Positions 39,601-48,949 of a stretch of 64,000 bases of DNA are shown in pieces (within the stretch, counting starts at the first letter, position 1; the number at the start of each line of letters is the position of its first letter). The DNA comes from Syntrophales bacterium (lineage in GTDB: Bacteria > Desulfobacterota > Syntrophia > Syntrophales > PHBD01). Made by a program: the position numbers and the translations under genes. The notes beneath the pieces were generated by a model. That model made no database searches. It had not been told where the DNA came from and saw nothing but the letters and a program-made list of their open reading frames with translations. Location: positions 3,616,001 through 3,680,000 of the forward strand of contig OY764159.1 of NCBI GenBank assembly GCA_963668175.1, written 5' to 3'.

Positions 39601-41136
39601 ATGACGAATAACCCGGAAAGCCTGATGGCCCATCATTTCCGCCCCAATCGAACCCTCATTTGCAGCGTTGTCTTTATCGATATCGCCGGATACACAAAAA
39701 AGTCCTTCAACGAGCAGGTGTTGATCAAGGAATGCTTCAATGCCCATCTGGCCGACGCCATTAAGAACATTGCCTTAAGCGAACGCATGGTACTGGACAC
39801 AGGGGACGGCGCCGCCATCGGTTGCATCGGCGATCCGGAAGACGCCCTGACCATAGCGATGAATATCAGAGGTGCCCTAGATACAGACGACTCGCCGGTC
39901 GCGGCCGGATTGCAGGTCAGGATAGGCATCAATCTGGGACCGGTTAGAATCCTCAAGGATATCAACAACCAAATGAATATGATCGGCGACGGCATCAACG
40001 CCGCCGAACGCATCATGAGCTTCGCCGATCCGGGACAACTGCTCGTATCCAGATCTTATTACGACATGCTTTCCTCCCTGTCGCAGGAATACGCGGAGTT
40101 GTTTCAATATCAGGGATCGCGGGCGGACAAGCATGTCCGCGAACATGACATCTATGCCGTCGAACGAGAAGGCGTAATAATTGATCCGGCAGCAGGCAGA
40201 TCGAATATCGAAGAGACATCCGCTGCCGGCGAAGACAACGTTTCCGGGCAAGAGGAAGCCCCTCGCAAGCTGTCAGGCAGCAACATGTCTGTGCAATCGG
40301 GCAAGTCTGCGCATCCCCGGAAGGCGATCAAAATAGCCCTGGCGGCAGGCGCGGCGGTGGCAACGATCGCAGTCACGGTCATTCTCATTTCTGACTACAC
40401 GGTGCCGCCGAAGCTTGCCAGACTTTCCCGGGAAAGCACCCGGATCGTCAGCACGTTCATCTCCGAAAGGTTGGATGCGATCCCAGACCGCACGCCGACA
40501 CCTGCCGCAGACTCCGTAAAGGCGTCAACGCAATCCGGACAACCGGCACCAGCTGTACTGCCGTTGCCGACTCACCGGCTGGCTCCGGAACGTGTAACAG
40601 ACCCTACGACGTCGCCGTCCGTGTCAATCGTGATCGCAGACCGGGAAGAAGCAGCTTCCAAAGCGGTCAATGCCATAGCGCCTCCTGTGAAACAGGCAGT
40701 CAAGAGAGTGTCCGAGCGCACAGACAAGTCGTTCAAGACGGTATCGTCCAGGGCCGGCGATATTCTCTTCACGGTAACGGGAATGCAATCGACCGGCAAC
40801 GAAGTCACTGTTCGTGTCCAGACCTACAACGGCTCCAAGACGTCGAAGCGCATCGCCCTGTACGACAGCACGTATTGGTGGGCCAAGTCCCAAATCACCG
40901 ACGGCGCAGGCGACAAGCACGACGTCAACAAAGTCAGTTTCCTAAGCGGCGACGAGAAGATATCCATGTCCCTTACCGGAACCGAAGGGGTTCCCATCGA
41001 CCCTCAGAAGACCGTCACAGCCGTCATGACCTTCAGGAAGGCCAGGAAAGGCATCAAGACCCTGGTTCTGCATCCTTTCATCTATCAAGGGGAGCACCAG
41101 TCGGAACATCAATTGGTCATGAAGCTCGGCGGCTAA
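39601..41136 (+). CDS. Class III nucleotide cyclase domain + TM + Pro-rich linker + extracytoplasmic beta domain (paralogue 2)
   Basis: VFIDIAGYT, TGDG, RIGINLGPV, GDGINAAER; C-terminal domain clearly homologous to paralogue 1; start 39601 or 39592. Confidence 0.85.
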   Translation: MTNNPESLMAHHFRPNRTLICSVVFIDIAGYTKKSFNEQVLIKECFNAHLADAIKNIALSERMVLDTGDGAAIGCIGDPEDALTIAMNIRGALDTDDSPVAAGLQVRIGINLGPVRILKDINNQMNMIGDGINAAERIMSFADPGQLLVSRSYYDMLSSLSQEYAELFQYQGSRADKHVREHDIYAVEREGVIIDPAAGRSNIEETSAAGEDNVSGQEEAPRKLSGSNMSVQSGKSAHPRKAIKIALAAGAAVATIAVTVILISDYTVPPKLARLSRESTRIVSTFISERLDAIPDRTPTPAADSVKASTQSGQPAPAVLPLPTHRLAPERVTDPTTSPSVSIVIADREEAASKAVNAIAPPVKQAVKRVSERTDKSFKTVSSRAGDILFTVTGMQSTGNEVTVRVQTYNGSKTSKRIALYDSTYWWAKSQITDGAGDKHDVNKVSFLSGDEKISMSLTGTEGVPIDPQKTVTAVMTFRKARKGIKTLVLHPFIYQGEHQSEHQLVMKLGG

Positions 41137-41156
41137 CAAGACAGGGAAGCATCACC

Positions 41157-41510
41157 GTGAAAATTGCCGTTTCATCGACAGGTCCTGAACTGACTGACCT
41201 TGTAGATCCAAGGTTCAGCAAGTGCCGTTATTATATCATCATCGACACCGACTCGCGCGAGACAAAGGCCGTAGAAAATGCCGCCGCCTACGTCTGCGTC
41301 CTCAGGGACACAACGACGGGAAACCTCGTGGCCGGACAGGAGACGGATGTGGTACTGACGGGGCATATCGGACGGAAAGCGGCCGCAATTCTTCTGGCCG
41401 CAGGGGTGAAGATCTTCACCGGGGCATCCGGTAAAATAAGTACCGCCGTTGAGGCCTTTCAGGCCGGCAAGCTCGAAGAAATGACGTCTCCTCCCGCCTC
41501 CGGATCGTAA
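41157..41510 (+). CDS. NifB/NifX-family (FeMo-cofactor-binding-like) small protein
   Basis: KIAVSS.G......VDPRF..C.Y....D, VLTG.IG.KA...L.AAG.KI, AVEAF.AG.L; GTG start at 41157. Confidence 0.82.
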   Translation: MKIAVSSTGPELTDLVDPRFSKCRYYIIIDTDSRETKAVENAAAYVCVLRDTTTGNLVAGQETDVVLTGHIGRKAAAILLAAGVKIFTGASGKISTAVEAFQAGKLEEMTSPPASGS

Positions 41511-41684
41511 TGTCCTTTCCAGAGGAAGATGGCCGTATCAGGCATGCCGTAAGGCTTTCCACGAGTCTATTCCGACCGCAACGGGCAAGTCTCCCGGTGC
41601 GGATTTGGTCCCGTTCAGAGGATTCTTTTCGGGTATACCTCCGATATTCCCCAGCATGCACGAGCATTTCCAGTGAAAGAGGAC

Positions 41685-41720
41685 TTGATATCTGTTCAAA
41701 TTATTTGTATAAAAACGATT
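41685..41720 (+). promoter_or_regulatory. Sigma70 promoter overlapped by an imperfect palindrome (putative MarR operator)
   Basis: TTGATA (41685-41690), 17 nt, TATAAA (41708-41713); AATTATTTGTATAAAAACGATT at 41699-41720. Confidence 0.55.
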
Positions 41721-41762
41721 CAAGATCGGCAGGGGGGCCGATCCGTGCGGAAGGAGACATCC

Positions 41763-42320
41763 ATGGAAAGCAATGCCGCGGTGGTCGCGGAAATTGTCGA
41801 TAATATCCGCCGTATCTTCCAGTCCATCAATGAACACTCCAAAAAAGTGAAACGAGAGACCGGCCTGACCGGACCGCAGCTCTGGGCCATCAAAACCCTT
41901 GCCGAGTCCTCCCCGATGAGCGTTTCCGATCTCGCGCGCCGGATATATTTGCATCCGGCTACCGTTGTGGGCATCCTGGACCGCCTGGAAATCAACGGGC
42001 TGGTAAGGAGAGTGCGATCCATGGAGGACCGGAGGGTCGTGAAGCTGCAACTGACCGCGCGTGGTAACGCCCTGGTTAAAGATGCACCGAATGTGGTCCA
42101 GGGAGTACTGGTTTCCGGACTGGAACACCTGTCGGACAAGAAATTGTCCGCCATTGGAGACGGGCTTTCCGTTCTTGTCGATATTCTCGGCGTGAAATCC
42201 CTGCCTCCGAAATTGATCGGATCCAGGGAAGTGAATGTCCCCCAAAAGAGAATCAGGCATGCCATGAAGAAAAGGTCGCGCATCAAACTGCCGGCACGAA
42301 ACAAGAAGATGAGAACATGA
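41763..42320 (+). CDS. MarR-family transcriptional regulator
   Basis: GLTGPQLWAI, LA....LHPATV.GILDRLE..GLV.R.RS.EDRR...LQLT..G; AAGGAG before ATG 41763. Confidence 0.93.
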   Translation: MESNAAVVAEIVDNIRRIFQSINEHSKKVKRETGLTGPQLWAIKTLAESSPMSVSDLARRIYLHPATVVGILDRLEINGLVRRVRSMEDRRVVKLQLTARGNALVKDAPNVVQGVLVSGLEHLSDKKLSAIGDGLSVLVDILGVKSLPPKLIGSREVNVPQKRIRHAMKKRSRIKLPARNKKMRT

Positions 42321-43048
42321 TAAGGAATGGAGGAAAAATGGAACGAATTCAAAAACACCCTGCCGGAGGGCCCTTTTCCGGGAGGTTCGTATCGATCATC
42401 ACTGCAACACTCTGCCTGGTCGCACTGTTCGCGCTTCAAGCCTGCACCCCGGCGGTCTATCAGATCAACCTCAAATTCATACCGCCGGAAAGGGCCATTC
42501 AGCAACCCCGGCCGGATGCCAAGATAACCGTAGCCACGTTCAACGATATCCGCCGGATGGACGACCGTCTTCTTCTGGGACAGATTAAATCTTCCGGCGA
42601 CGTCGTCCCGATCTTGCCCATGAAAGAGCGCGTCCCAGAGGCGGTCACGAGCAGCATCCGGGACGTCCTGTCCCGGGCAGGCTATAAGCTGACCGATGAA
42701 AGACCTGTATGGGACCTCAAAGAGACAACGATCAATCCTCACTGGGGCAGACTGGTGATCGGAGGTAATATCGACACACTGGAGATGACCGGAGAGGATG
42801 CGATCCCGGTGAAGACTTACCAGACCAAAGTCCGCCTGACTTTTGTCCTGGCCGATTGCGCCGCCGGGAAAATCCTTTACCGTTCCTCCGTGGAAACAAG
42901 TTCTTCCCTTAAGGATATCACCTTTTCAGGGGAGAGAATCGAAAAGGAAATCAACACGACCCTGACGGACGCCCTGATGAAGATGCTCAACGATCCGGCA
43001 ACGACCAGAAAGATCGACGAGGCGCTTTCCGGGAAAATACTTCAATAA
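42317..43048 (+). CDS. Putative lipoprotein (YajG-like)
   Basis: Hydrophobic signal with LQAC lipobox; V..F.D.R motif; overlaps the marR stop (ATGA); start may be 42338. Confidence 0.7.
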   Translation: MIRNGGKMERIQKHPAGGPFSGRFVSIITATLCLVALFALQACTPAVYQINLKFIPPERAIQQPRPDAKITVATFNDIRRMDDRLLLGQIKSSGDVVPILPMKERVPEAVTSSIRDVLSRAGYKLTDERPVWDLKETTINPHWGRLVIGGNIDTLEMTGEDAIPVKTYQTKVRLTFVLADCAAGKILYRSSVETSSSLKDITFSGERIEKEINTTLTDALMKMLNDPATTRKIDEALSGKILQ

Positions 43049-43196
43049 AAATAAGAATGAAGGTGATTCGGTTGGCTGCATCGGGATGTTGAAGGGCATG
43101 ACCTCCGTCCGAGAAAGCTTCGGGGATTCGCCGGATGAATCCTTGCGAATCCTTTTCGTAAATAAATGATTGCAAATCTTCGCAATTTGCTTTATC

Positions 43197-43214
43197 TGAT
43201 TTGTACACAAATCA
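43197..43214. promoter_or_regulatory. 8-2-8 palindrome upstream of pal (putative transcription-factor site)
   Basis: TGATTTGT-AC-ACAAATCA; core resembles the site in the marR promoter. Confidence 0.55.
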
Positions 43215-43455
43215 TTTGTTTAGAAATATCTTTGCCTGAATGTCCATGTCTGCGACCCATGATGGGTGCACAGGTCACAGGCAAGGCGGATCACCGGGGC
43301 AGACGTTTTCCCCGGATGAGATCGTTCCGGCAGACGGGCTCGTCGAAGCTTGTCCGGTATAAGGGGTGATACTGAGGAAAAGGAGGGACTGGAGGAGGCA
43401 GGGGAAAAAATTATCAGAGGAAGATACTCATTTCACGAAAGGAAACGGGAAACGT

Positions 43456-43986
43456 ATGATGCGAAATCGCTCTGTACTCTTGATGGTTGTGACATTCATT
43501 TTTACTACTCTTGTTTTATTCGGTTGCACGCAGAAAGCCGCCGTTAAAGACGATTCGGCAGCAAGTGAGAAGAAGGCGGCAGTTCAACCTGCAGTAAAAG
43601 AAAAAGAGCAGGTGCAGGTGAAACAAGCGGAAGCGAAGCCGGAAGTCTTCGCCCTGGATAAAGTCTATTTTGCCTATAACAGCGCCAAGATCAGAAAAGG
43701 CGACCAGGCCGCTCTCGACAAGAATGCCAAATGGCTGAAAGCCAATAACGCCGCCAAGGTTACGGTCGAGGGTTACTGCGACGAGAGAGGAACGGCCGAA
43801 TATAACCTGGCCCTCGGTGAAAGAAGAGCCAAGTCGGCAGTGAAATACCTGGTCGGCAAAGGCATTTCGGCGAAGAACCTGAAGACGGTAAGTTTCGGCA
43901 AGGATAAGCCTGCGGATCCGGGCCATAACGAAAAGGCCTGGGCAAAAAACCGGAGAGTCGAGTTTGTACTGAACAACGGTCAATAA
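43456..43986 (+). CDS. pal: Peptidoglycan-associated lipoprotein (OmpA-C domain)
   Basis: LFGC lipobox, VYF.Y, EGYCDERGT.EYNLALGERRA, SFGK.KP, NRRVEF. Confidence 0.92.
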   Translation: MMRNRSVLLMVVTFIFTTLVLFGCTQKAAVKDDSAASEKKAAVQPAVKEKEQVQVKQAEAKPEVFALDKVYFAYNSAKIRKGDQAALDKNAKWLKANNAAKVTVEGYCDERGTAEYNLALGERRAKSAVKYLVGKGISAKNLKTVSFGKDKPADPGHNEKAWAKNRRVEFVLNNGQ

Positions 43987-44008
43987 ACCGGCCAATGCAA
44001 ACCTGACC

Positions 44009-44073
44009 TGCAGAGCAGGGTTTATATGGATTTGCCTCCTTTTCTTCCATACCTGCCGCCACCCTGCTCTGCA
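44009..44073. repeat. 13-bp perfect inverted repeat downstream of pal
   Basis: TGCAGAGCAGGGT (44009-44021) / ACCCTGCTCTGCA (44061-44073), 39-nt pyrimidine-rich loop. Confidence 0.65.
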
Positions 44074-44323
44074 TCATTATGAATATCGTTTATTGCATAT
44101 CCGCTCCTTCCGTAAAGGGGTGGTTGAAAAATCTGATTCCTGTTTTAAGCCTTTCCGGATCTTGGTAAAGGCATCGGGGGTGCCCTCGAATGTTTCACTT
44201 CCCGGTTTTGCTTTTCCACCGCGTCTCGATAGGTGTATGCAGTAAAAAAACGATCCGGCCGCATTTGACATCCGGCCCAATTTTTTATAGCCAATCCGGC
44301 AAGGGATATGCTACGGAATCGAC

Positions 44324-45805
44324 ATGATCGTATCAACGAACCCTTGGATGGATGACCTCGCCCGGATGATTGACGCTGAAGGCATCCTGAAAAATCCTGA
44401 TGATGCCCGCTTGGTCCCGGCCCAGTTTTATGCCCGAACACTTGCCGAGTTTTTCGACCAGATGCAGTCCCTGGTCCGTTCATCGGGATGGGAAAAGAGA
44501 CGGATAGCCGTCTTTGTCGACGGTTTTCCGAAACAATCGTCAGAAGGTCGGGACGGCACCATCGACAATGCGTTCCAATGCCTCCTGCAGGACATGGGGC
44601 TCGCCTACGACTGGATCGATCTTTCCTCTGTTCTCGGTTTACCTTCCGCCGATATCCATTCATCACATACCCACATGGACAAGATCCGCGGAACGTTGCA
44701 TGGCCGCGAAAAAGATATCTGCATTGTCCTCGGCTCAGGTACAGTTACCGATCTCGTAAAACACTCCCTGTTTCTTGAGGGATACGCATCGCCGTTGATC
44801 TCCGTGCCGACCGCCCTGACGGTAACGGCATTCACTTCTGCCTTCTCGATCATCGATTTCCATGGAGCCAAAAGGACACAAGTGTCCCGTGAGGTAACGG
44901 CGACGTTCTGGGCGGAACCGTTTTTGAGATGCGCCCCGACACGGATGTCCAGGGCAGGATTCGGCGATCTTTTGGCGCGTTTCGTTGCATACGGCGATTG
45001 GTACCTAGGTTACCGCCTGGGGGTTATGAAACGCTACGATGAACGCGCTTACCGCTTGATGGAACCATTTGTACCAGGAATAAGGACCAGCGCTTCCGGG
45101 TTTGGCTGTCATCCCCTTCCGGCTGAAACCACGGCCTGTACGGCTGCGGCCCTGGCCATGGCCGGAATCGCCATGTCGACGGCCGGAGAGACGACACCTC
45201 TGTCCGGTTACGAACATGTAATCAGCCACGCCCTCGATTTTCTGAACCTCCTCTCGGGCAGAGAACTGGTCTTTCATGGGGAACAGGTAGCACTGGGCTC
45301 ACTTATCAGCGCCCGGACCATCGATTGGCTATTGGCATTGCCCTCTGTTTCGCAAAATGGATGGCGTGTGGAGACGGCAGAGAAAGCGGGTCAAAGTCTC
45401 TCCCTTATGATGGACCGCATTCCTCTGGCTGACGTGTCGCCAATGAGCACGGATGATTCCCTCCGTGAAAAGCTGGAGGCGGCCAGACAGGAATTCGCTG
45501 CCGAATACGAGAAGAAGTCGTCGCTCTGGCGCGATGCGTCACGAAAACGCCAAGCCTTCCCGGACGACTGGAAGGAAATCAGACGGAACCTGGCCCGCCT
45601 GACTTTACGAACGGACGAAATGGAAAAGCTCCTTAAGCAGTCAGGCCTTCCCCTTCGTCCGGAATATACCTATCCGCCGACTTCTGTTGAAGCTTTTCAT
45701 TGGGCCGTGAGTTTTGCCCCATTCGTCCGGTCGCGCATGAATATCGCCGACCTGATCTACTGGCTGGGCAAAGACCCTGCCTTTATATTGGCATCCCGCC
45801 AATGA
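44324..45805 (+). CDS. sn-glycerol-1-phosphate dehydrogenase-like protein (AraM/EgsA family)
   Basis: GSGTVTDLVK, SVPTA, GFGDLLAR, SGYEHVISHALD, HGEQVALG metal and NAD motifs. Confidence 0.8.
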   Translation: MIVSTNPWMDDLARMIDAEGILKNPDDARLVPAQFYARTLAEFFDQMQSLVRSSGWEKRRIAVFVDGFPKQSSEGRDGTIDNAFQCLLQDMGLAYDWIDLSSVLGLPSADIHSSHTHMDKIRGTLHGREKDICIVLGSGTVTDLVKHSLFLEGYASPLISVPTALTVTAFTSAFSIIDFHGAKRTQVSREVTATFWAEPFLRCAPTRMSRAGFGDLLARFVAYGDWYLGYRLGVMKRYDERAYRLMEPFVPGIRTSASGFGCHPLPAETTACTAAALAMAGIAMSTAGETTPLSGYEHVISHALDFLNLLSGRELVFHGEQVALGSLISARTIDWLLALPSVSQNGWRVETAEKAGQSLSLMMDRIPLADVSPMSTDDSLREKLEAARQEFAAEYEKKSSLWRDASRKRQAFPDDWKEIRRNLARLTLRTDEMEKLLKQSGLPLRPEYTYPPTSVEAFHWAVSFAPFVRSRMNIADLIYWLGKDPAFILASRQ

Positions 45806-45886
45806 AGCTTTCCTGTCCGTTTCTTATACCCTGAAATAATAGCAACTTCTTGATAATTAACAACTTATTATAAATCCTCTCCTGCC

Positions 45887-45915
45887 TTGACAAACGATAC
45901 CGTTTTCTCTATAGT
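45887..45915 (+). promoter_or_regulatory. Sigma70 promoter of the ABC importer operon
   Basis: TTGACA (45887-45892), 17 nt, TATAGT (45910-45915). Confidence 0.7.
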
Positions 45916-46017
45916 CGGCGCGCGTAAAGCCTCATACGAGGCAGTAGACGGCGATGCTCGCCGTGTTGCTCCTGTTTGCATATCATCATAAAATCAGCTG
46001 AGGGGAGAGATGATGCT

Positions 46018-47043
46018 ATGAAAAGTATTCGCGTAAAGGGAATGGCGGTTATTGCCGGGGCGCTTTTAATCCTTGGAACAGTCGCGGGGCCGGCGCTGGG
46101 CGCCGAGGCAGCATCCGGAAAAGTCATGATCTATACTTCTATTTACCTGCACATTATCGAACAGTTGAAACCCGTTCTGAAGCAGAAGTATCCCAATATC
46201 GACGTCCAGTGGTTTTATGGGGGATCGGAAAAGGTAATCACCAAGCTCACGGCCGAATTCGAACAGGGCAACACAATGGCGGATCTCATTATGATCGCCG
46301 ATCCCGCCTACTACAACGCGCTGAAGCGCGACAAGAGGCTCCTTCAATACCGGTCGACCAATCACAAATTTCTCTTTCCCGACTATGTGGATAAGGAGGG
46401 CTATTACTCCGGCGTCCGCATGAACATCATGGGCATTGCCTACAATAAGAAACTCGTTTCGGCGGCTAATCTGCCCAAGACCTGGTGGGATCTGGCCGAT
46501 CCCAAATGGCGCGGCAAGGTCGGGATGCCCAACCCCCTGCTTTCAGGAACGGCCTTCGTTTCTACGGCGGGACTGGCCAGGTCGCCGAAGCACGGCTGGC
46601 GTTACTTCGAGGCCCTGCGAAAGAACAACGTCACCTGTGAACCGGGAAACGGTGCTGTTGAGACGAAACTGTTGAGCGGCCAGTTGGCCGTGGGCATGCT
46701 CCTGGAAGAAAACGTTCTGAAGGCTGCCGGTGAAGGCAAGCCTCTGGGCTTTATCTACCCTGCCGACGGCCCCGTGGTCATCCCCGCTCCCATCGGCATC
46801 ATGAGGACCACGAAGAACCCGGCGGCGGCCAAGGTTATAAACGACTTTTTCTTATCCAAGGAAGGACAGCAGGCCATCCTCGCCGGATGGATGGCGTCGG
46901 TCCGCCCGGATATGCCTGCACCGAAAGGCGCTGCCCTGACGATGAAAGACATACGTAAGATCGCCCTGCCTATGGATTGGGACGCCATCAGCAGGGACCC
47001 GGATAAGGTCAAGGAGCAGTTCGACAAGATCGTCCTTCATTAA
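46018..47043 (+). CDS. ABC transporter substrate-binding protein (FbpA/AfuA-like)
   Basis: Signal peptide, IYTS, ADL, IAYN, P.TW.DL.DP.W.GK..MPNP..SGT, YP.DG, F.LS.EGQ; ATG 46018. Confidence 0.88.
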   Translation: MKSIRVKGMAVIAGALLILGTVAGPALGAEAASGKVMIYTSIYLHIIEQLKPVLKQKYPNIDVQWFYGGSEKVITKLTAEFEQGNTMADLIMIADPAYYNALKRDKRLLQYRSTNHKFLFPDYVDKEGYYSGVRMNIMGIAYNKKLVSAANLPKTWWDLADPKWRGKVGMPNPLLSGTAFVSTAGLARSPKHGWRYFEALRKNNVTCEPGNGAVETKLLSGQLAVGMLLEENVLKAAGEGKPLGFIYPADGPVVIPAPIGIMRTTKNPAAAKVINDFFLSKEGQQAILAGWMASVRPDMPAPKGAALTMKDIRKIALPMDWDAISRDPDKVKEQFDKIVLH

Positions 47044-47096
47044 ACGGTTAAAATTTTGCTGCCTGAAGAGTCATCTTCAGCACTCGGTTCACCATT

Positions 47097-47140
47097 GCCC
47101 GACGTCCCGCGATAAGCTCTCGACATCAGGGACGTCGGGC
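47097..47140. repeat. 12-bp inverted repeat between the binding-protein and permease genes
   Basis: GCCCGACGTCCC (47097-47108) / GGGACGTCGGGC (47129-47140). Confidence 0.6.
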
Positions 47141-47252
47141 CATTGAATCGGAAACGGTGCCTCTGCGACGGATCGCGGGCGGTCATCGTCTTTCGGCAGC
47201 GAATATTTTCAGAAGATCGCACATGTAATATGCAAGCGGAGCGACTCCAGCC

Positions 47253-48938
47253 ATGATGCCTTTCAAGGGGATCTTCACGTGGCGCAATACTGTAATCGGG
47301 GCCGCCCTGTTTTTTCTTTTCACTTTTGTCCTCCTGCCGCTTCTCCTGCTCGTCTGGAAGAGTTTCTTCAATGAAGATGGAGTTTTAAGCCTCCAGAACT
47401 ATATTGCCGTATACAGCAAAGGCGGCAATTGGGATGCCGTGGTGTCGACGCTGGTCATCTGCGGGCTCACCATGCTTTTTTCCATGATCTTCGCCACGGG
47501 TCTAGCCTGGCTCGTCGTTCGCAGCGATTTGCCCTTCAAGAACCAGTTCCGGGCTCTCTTCTTCATGCCCTACATCATCCCGCCTTATGTCGGTGCCATC
47601 GCCTGGATTTTGCTGTTGACGCCCGGAGTCGGCTATATCAACCAGATGCTGATCAATCTTTTCGGTTTGGAAGTGCCGGGACCGTTCGATATCTACTCAA
47701 CGGCGGGACTGGTTTGGGTCATGACCCTTTTCTATTACCCGCTGGCCTTTCTCAATGTGGCCAGTGCCCTGGAACAGATGGACAATTCCCTGGAAGAAGC
47801 GGCCAGGATAAGCGGGGCCGGACCGCTACGGGTCTTCCGGGATGTCACCCTGCCCCTCGTAGCGCCCAGTTTCTTTGCCGGAGGCTTGCTCGTTTTTGCC
47901 GCTTCCGCTTCCGCGTTCGGGGTTCCGGCCATGATCGGCATGCCCGGCAGGATCTATGTCCTGTCCACGCAGGTTATGACCTACATCTACATGGGTACGT
48001 CGTCGGGAATGAGGGAGGCGACCGCTCTGTCCGTCGTCCTGATGGTACTGGCCGTCATCACGATGACTGCGGGAAACTGGATGCTCAGCAAAAGGAAATA
48101 TACCCTCGTGGGCGGCAAGAGCACCCGGGTCCTGTCCGTGAACCTCGGGCGGATGAAACCGCTGGCCGTGGGATTCGCCTTGGTGATGGGCTTTCTTCTC
48201 GTCATTTTGCCCATCGGCGCCATCGTTTTGACCTCCTTCATCAACATCTTCGGCGAACCGGTCGGTACGGACAATCTTACTTTAAATCATTACCAGTACG
48301 TCCTGTCCTTCAAGATGGCCATGGAGGCCTTCCGCAACAGCTTTCTTATGGGGGCGGCCGCCGCCACGCTGGCGTTGATCCTGGCGAGCCTCATCGCCTA
48401 TTACCGCGTCAAGGCGGGGAGCAAACTGGCCGCCCTGTCCGATCTGATCGCCACAGTGCCTTATGCCACCCCCGGTACCGTGATCGCGCTGGCGCTCATC
48501 ATCGCCTTCTCCGGTAAATACGGCCTCAATCTCTACAATACGTTCACGATTCTGATTATTGCCTATATGATCAAGTATCTGGCCTTCTCCGTCCGCACCC
48601 TTGCGGCCTCTCTCGAACAGATCGACCTCTCCCTGGAGGAGGCCGCCCAGATTTCCGGGGCGAGTTGGATTCAAAGCTTCAAGGACATTATCCTGCCGCT
48701 GGTCAGACCCGGTCTTATAGCCGCCTGGTTTCTCGTTTTCATGACGACATTCTACGAGCTGACCATGACGATCCTGCTCTACGGACCGGAAACCCACAAC
48801 CTGGGGGTCGTCCTTTACGAACTGCAAACCTATTCCAACCAGCAGGCCGCTTCGGTCCTGGCGGTCCTGATCCTGATTGTCGTCATTGGCGGCAACCTGT
48901 TGATCAGCAAGTTAACCAAGGGAAAGATTGCCATCTGA
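47253..48938 (+). CDS. ABC transporter permease (FbpB/AfuB-like, duplicated domain)
   Basis: About 12 TM helices, two EAA loops (LEEAARISGA, LEEAAQISGA). Confidence 0.92.
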   Translation: MMPFKGIFTWRNTVIGAALFFLFTFVLLPLLLLVWKSFFNEDGVLSLQNYIAVYSKGGNWDAVVSTLVICGLTMLFSMIFATGLAWLVVRSDLPFKNQFRALFFMPYIIPPYVGAIAWILLLTPGVGYINQMLINLFGLEVPGPFDIYSTAGLVWVMTLFYYPLAFLNVASALEQMDNSLEEAARISGAGPLRVFRDVTLPLVAPSFFAGGLLVFAASASAFGVPAMIGMPGRIYVLSTQVMTYIYMGTSSGMREATALSVVLMVLAVITMTAGNWMLSKRKYTLVGGKSTRVLSVNLGRMKPLAVGFALVMGFLLVILPIGAIVLTSFINIFGEPVGTDNLTLNHYQYVLSFKMAMEAFRNSFLMGAAAATLALILASLIAYYRVKAGSKLAALSDLIATVPYATPGTVIALALIIAFSGKYGLNLYNTFTILIIAYMIKYLAFSVRTLAASLEQIDLSLEEAAQISGASWIQSFKDIILPLVRPGLIAAWFLVFMTTFYELTMTILLYGPETHNLGVVLYELQTYSNQQAASVLAVLILIVVIGGNLLISKLTKGKIAI

Positions 48939-48949
48939 GGTGCAAGAAT

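Noticed and set aside
37766..41136. Pycsar anti-phage system call for the cyclases
   Set aside because: No adjacent cNMP-binding TM or TIR effector; the architecture is receptor-like, so only the atypical specificity is reported
41157..41510. Nitrogen-fixation locus
   Set aside because: NifB/NifX-like small proteins are common in non-diazotrophic anaerobes and no nif genes are in the window
45945..45970. Fluoride riboswitch-like GGCGATG..TCGCC
   Set aside because: Missing the pseudoknot segment and downstream conserved nucleotides; gene context does not fit
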